From assembly GCF_009914755.1 (NCBI RefSeq), contig NC_060945.1: 64,000 nt of DNA. The stretch is one strand, 5' to 3'. The notes below the pieces were generated by a model, which saw only the letters and a list, made by a program, of their open reading frames with translations, did not search any database and was not told where the DNA came from. Of this stretch, positions 59,238-64,000 are shown piece after piece. The DNA is from the human T2T-CHM13v2.0 reference genome, Homo sapiens. The position numbers and the translations under genes are program-made. Each line of letters starts with the position of its first letter. Position 1 is the first letter of the stretch.

Positions 59238-60998
59238 TTATCTTTCATAAAATTTGCTTCTGCCTCTGTGAATTTAATTTTTTCTATGTGACATTTTATC
59301 TTTCTTCTATTAATTTTTCAGTTACTTGATAAAAAAAGCTCTTGTAATTTAATACCTTTTCACATCCACTTGTTGGCATTTGAAACATCCTTACATTAAA
59401 TTCTCATGCTACTCGTCTTTTTCTTGCCCAGTGAGAGCCAGTTTAGCTTACACTTGTCAGGAAGCTTCCATTTCCACATTTAACCAATTTAACCATCTAT
59501 GTTCTGCTTTTTTCTATCTGTTGAGCAGGTGCACTTCTGTGAGTTCCTTAACCCTACATTTCACAGTCTTGCTTAGTGGGGCTCAAGGGTCTCAGCTCCT
59601 GCCATGGTGCCTGGCACCTGGTAACACAGTTGATGTTCAGCTGTTACAACATGAATAATCATCATCCAGCAGTAATTATTCACAAAAGTTTATTAAAATA
59701 ATATAACTTTATTATAATATGACTATTTTCCAAATTATTTTTGAGAATGAAGATGATAGGGAAAGGCACCTGTTAACCGAAAAATATAGGCCATTTAAAA
59801 GTCTCTTGTTTTTCTGGTGTCAACAAGTTCAATGTGCACACTGTGCTTTTGAACTATAAACCTGAGTAAAGTACAAGAAACATCTCATTCAATTCTCTCA
59901 ATTTTGAGTTCACTCATTTTAGAGATAGAAAAGTGAGCCCCAAAGAAACAAAGCGAATAGCACAGACTGCACAATCCCATGATTTATAAACCAGTACTCT
60001 TTCATTCTATCACCTTGCCTTCTGACACCTCTGAATAATTTGCTAGTTCTAGACAGATAAATGGAGGCTATGGATTGCTACAATTTTAAGTCAAGGCAGA
60101 CTGGACCAATAACGTTACCAACAATATCCCCCACAGAATTATTTATTACAACTATTCTCTGTTTTGTTCTGCATCAGCAGGTCCATCTGGCAGTAAAGGA
60201 TTGACCAGGTGTTCTGGGAAAAGTTGGCACACGAATGCCTTGAACACTGTGATGTGAGCAGGAGGGGGAGATATTTTCAATGAGAGAAAATTAGATTATT
60301 CTTGATATGTATAAAGGTGCAAGACATTTTTAGGTGATAGCAATTATGAAACATCTTTTTGCTTTATTTGTAGAGGTTTTTTGACTTGGTTTATAAAATC
60401 AGAATGAAGTATAAATATTCAAGGGAACTAGAGTGTCATCCCTATTAGTGTAGAGAATAAACAAAAATCTAGGTAGACATCCTTGAAAATTTGCAGTAAA
60501 ATAAAAAAGGCATATCTCATCAGAACCATTTGTTATTCTAAAGAAAATAATAATAACAAAACCTCTCTCTTGATTAGTCTTTATTAGTTGGTACCTGACT
60601 CAGGGCTTTCAATCAGATGCTCAGAATATAGTTTACAAGTGATCTTTCCCTTACTAAATTGAATTTTGTGGCCCGAATTAGTTAATCCTTTTCCCAAAGT
60701 GAGCAATTTCCTGTGTATTTTAGCTTATCAAAGTCAATGAATGTATTAAGAGGGCAGAATTCATTCTAATACTGCAGAACTTAGACTGAATAACAAATGT
60801 AGTACAAGTCCACTGAGGTTTCAAGCAGTCACTAAGAAGCTGTCACCAGGCAAAGAGAATGTTTCTTTGTGTAGTGAATCCGTACACATTAATGAGAAAC
60901 CTCCATTGCTGGCACCCGCGGTCTGCAATGTCCTTGACTTTCATTATGTAAGAATTAATTCCATGGCAAAGGGCTTTTATCAAGCTTGAATGTGCATA

Positions 60999-61663
60999 CA
61001 GGAGTCCCCCATTATTTGTGGAACATACGATTTTAGGCTCCCAGTGGATGCCTGAAACCACAGATGGTACCGAATCCTATATCCACTATGTTTTCTCCTA
61101 TATATATAGACCTATGATAAAGTTTAATGTATGTTAGGCACAGTAAGATATTAAAACAATAATAATAAATTAGAACAATTATAACAACATACTGTAGTAA
61201 AGTTTTTTTTTTCTTTCCTTATTAAATCAAGAATTTTCATCCTTTCACTTAAAAGGAAGAAATTTACAGCTTCTCTTTGGCATATCCGAATTACCAGCAT
61301 CATTGTTCTTGCTCTTTGGGGCCATTGTTAAGTAAAATAAGAGCTATTTGAACACAAGTGCTGTGATACCTCAACAATGTATCTGATAACTGAGACGACT
61401 ACCAATTAACTAAGGGGCAGGTGGGCAGGCAGCTTAGAGAGCATGGAGCTGCTGGACAAAGGAATATGAATCTTATCATTTCTGGGTAGAACATAGTTGG
61501 ATGGTGCAAGATAGTATCACACTGCACAAAACAACATGCAACTTAAAACTTATTGCTTATTTCTGGAATTTTCCATTTAATATTTTTGAACTGAGGTTAA
61601 CCCAAACCATGTGTAACTGAAACTGTAGAAATTGAAATCATGGATAAGGAGGAACTAATACTG
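60999..61663. mobile_element. Tigger2-family DNA transposon (Tigger2a/2b deletion derivative)
   Basis: TIRs caggagtcccccattat / ggataaggaggaactaatactg with TA on both sides; cccagtggatgcctgaaacc. Confidence 0.85.
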
Positions 61664-63559
61664 TATGATATACTGTAAAATATCCAACCACACAATGTTT
61701 CCATACCGCTTTAAGACAGAAAAAAAATAATTTTCTAAGATTTGGTTAATTTTTATTTAACATTTATATTTATGTATTTTAACCTTTTCATCATAATCGC
61801 CTACATTTTCTTTAACCTGTTTCATTTTGAACATTACTTAGTGATTTTAGAAAAAACAACTAAAATGTTAAATCAAAATTGACGAATCTACTATTTAGAA
61901 ACAACATTGACATGTATACCTTTCTTTTATATATGAACATATGTGTTCCTTCACATCTTTTCTAAATATGAATTTTATTATAACTTTTGTAACCTTTCTC
62001 CAACAAATTATTTGCTGGTTTTTAACTTTATTAACGGATAAAGATCTTAAACAGTAATTATCTTAAAAAACAAGAAAATATAAATTCAATTTAAAAAGCA
62101 TCCAAATTACACATATATATTTCCATATGAAATAATTGAATAATTCCTTGGAATGAAAGATGTCAAGCTCTTAGCATCCATATTTCTTCAGCATCTTCTC
62201 TCTTGACCTGCTAATTTTGTTGCCCAGACTATTTTAAATTTGATAGCAATCATAACACTATATTATCCAGTTATATTTCCACCAGGATTTATTCTTGTCT
62301 TTATATTTAAGTAAATTTAATAGTCATTACCAATAAATTACCAAGGCTTCTCCATCCTCAAGTTCTTTATATTATGTTTTAGATTGTTGAATTTAATTAC
62401 CAAGAATTTTTCTTCAGAATTACTCATTTTATATTTTCTGACTCTTTTATATTACAGAATGTCAGCCAGTTGCTTTAATTCTTTTATGACTATTGAGATG
62501 GATGTCATATTCTTGGATCACACTTCCTTTTTTTCAAGACTTGGCAATCACTGCTTTACTTATTTTTGGCAAAGAATGTTTCTGTAGAGAAATCTAAAGG
62601 CTAGCCTGATTTTACCCTTATAGCTGATGTTTTCTTACTACTTATGATCTAAAAAATTATTTACTTTAAAGTTCACTGGTTTTGGTGTATATAATATGAA
62701 TCTCAATTTTGGCTTATCTTTATCAACTTTCTTGGTATGTGATATATCCTGAATTCTTAAAAAATTGTTCTGTATATTTTTCCTGTGAATTTAGTTTCTA
62801 TATAATTTAAAATATTTTTTTCCAAGGTATCTCGCTGAATATTATTTGTATTGTTTACTTCAGGGACATCAATTACCTTATGTTGCATCATTTTTGTTTT
62901 TTATATAAATAATATTCTGTATATTGATGTAATATTTTGACTTTCCGTCTACGTTCACTATGATTTCTGAAGCCTTTTCCTCATAACAGCAACTTGATTT
63001 TCCATTGCACTCATTCTGTTTCTTTCAGTTTGTATCTTTCTGTGTTTCAGTTTGTTGACTTCTGTTACTATCTTTACATTACACATCTTTTAGGTAGTTA
63101 TTTTGTGCTGTGATTTTATGTAAGTAATTTTATCATTAATTTCTTTAATAACTCAGTGATTTTAAGGAAGTTGTCTGTTGTTTGCTGTTTAGTTTGTTTT
63201 TGCTTCTGCTATTTTATGTAACGCATTTACTCATATTTTGTGATATTCCTTGTTTTTATAATCATGGATAGTATGAACAGCATTCTGTAGGTCCTATGTG
63301 TTTAATCATAGAGCAATCAAATTGTCTTTGACAGACATCCTAATTTAACTTATACTTCCAGTAGCTTGAGGATGTGTGGTTAGAGAGGTTAAAAGGCTGG
63401 CAAGCATTACAGGGGGCTCTTTTCTGTACTCTAAGTTGCCACTGGATGTACCCTCTCCCTTCTGCCAGGTTTCTGTCACTCCCTCCATGAGGTATCCCTT
63501 GTACTCCCTTCTCAATCCAGTGACTGATTAAGTTAAATGACCAATGTGCAAATTGGAAC

Positions 63560-64000
63560 TCCTTGAAAAAATAAATAAATCAAGATGTTTCAGAACTTGA
63601 AGTTAGAGTACAATGTATGATGGCCATAAGAAATTGAGAAATGCAAGTATATTAAAATTAAAGCCTTTTGTATATCCAAGACACTTTAATAAAAGTGAAA
63701 GCTGGCAGAAGTTACTTGTATTACAAATAATTAAGAGGATTCATATAGTTTTATAAAGACTTCAGAATTCAAAAATAAAAATGCTAAATATATGAATAGA
63801 CTACTGGGGGGTGTAAATGAGCACATTCTTTACAGAATAGTCAATGCGTGTGGCTAACATACATATGAAGAGACGTCCAAAGTCATTGACATTGAAGGAA
63901 GCTGGAAGCAGGACTCTAATGCGATGTCATTTTATACCCATTCAATTGGCAAGTAAGAAGCCTGAAATGCAAAATGTCACAGCAGATAAAGATTGATTCA
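63560..64000 (+). mobile_element. Ancient L1M ORF2 3' fragment
   Basis: tattaaaattaaagcctttt..gtggctaacatacatatgaagagacgt..atgtcattttatacccatt. Confidence 0.55.

Overview
AT-rich mammalian genomic DNA, almost certainly human because it carries an AluYa5 with all five diagnostic positions. I see no recognisable host protein-coding exon, RNA gene or CpG island, so this is a gene desert or deep intron. Well over half of the window is transposable-element derived. Main elements: a full-length MSTB (MaLR) provirus at 8609-18881 inflated from about 2.5 kb to 10.3 kb by five nested insertions (L1PA2/3, a complete THE1A provirus, LTR8, MSTA, an L1MA tail); MLT1 and HERV16 proviral remnants; a HERV-K LTR5B solo LTR; MER41B; LTR8A; a twin-primed L1PA5; nine Alus; and several DNA-transposon fossils. 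All long ORFs are L1 ORF2 or MaLR remnants, or artefacts of repeats. Family names come from recalled consensus sequences, not a database search, so subfamily calls need RepeatMasker/Dfam confirmation. I found no convincing new gene system. The most unusual signals are: (1) a provirus with an ERVL (MLT2D) 5' LTR joined exactly at the primer-binding site to an MaLR (MLT1C) body and 3' LTR; (2) an old, locally templated 112-bp insertion inside an L1; (3) a CpG-retaining, hairpin-rich non-repeat segment near 37.7-38.0 kb; (4) a MER41B copy with a re-spaced palindromic GAS pair.
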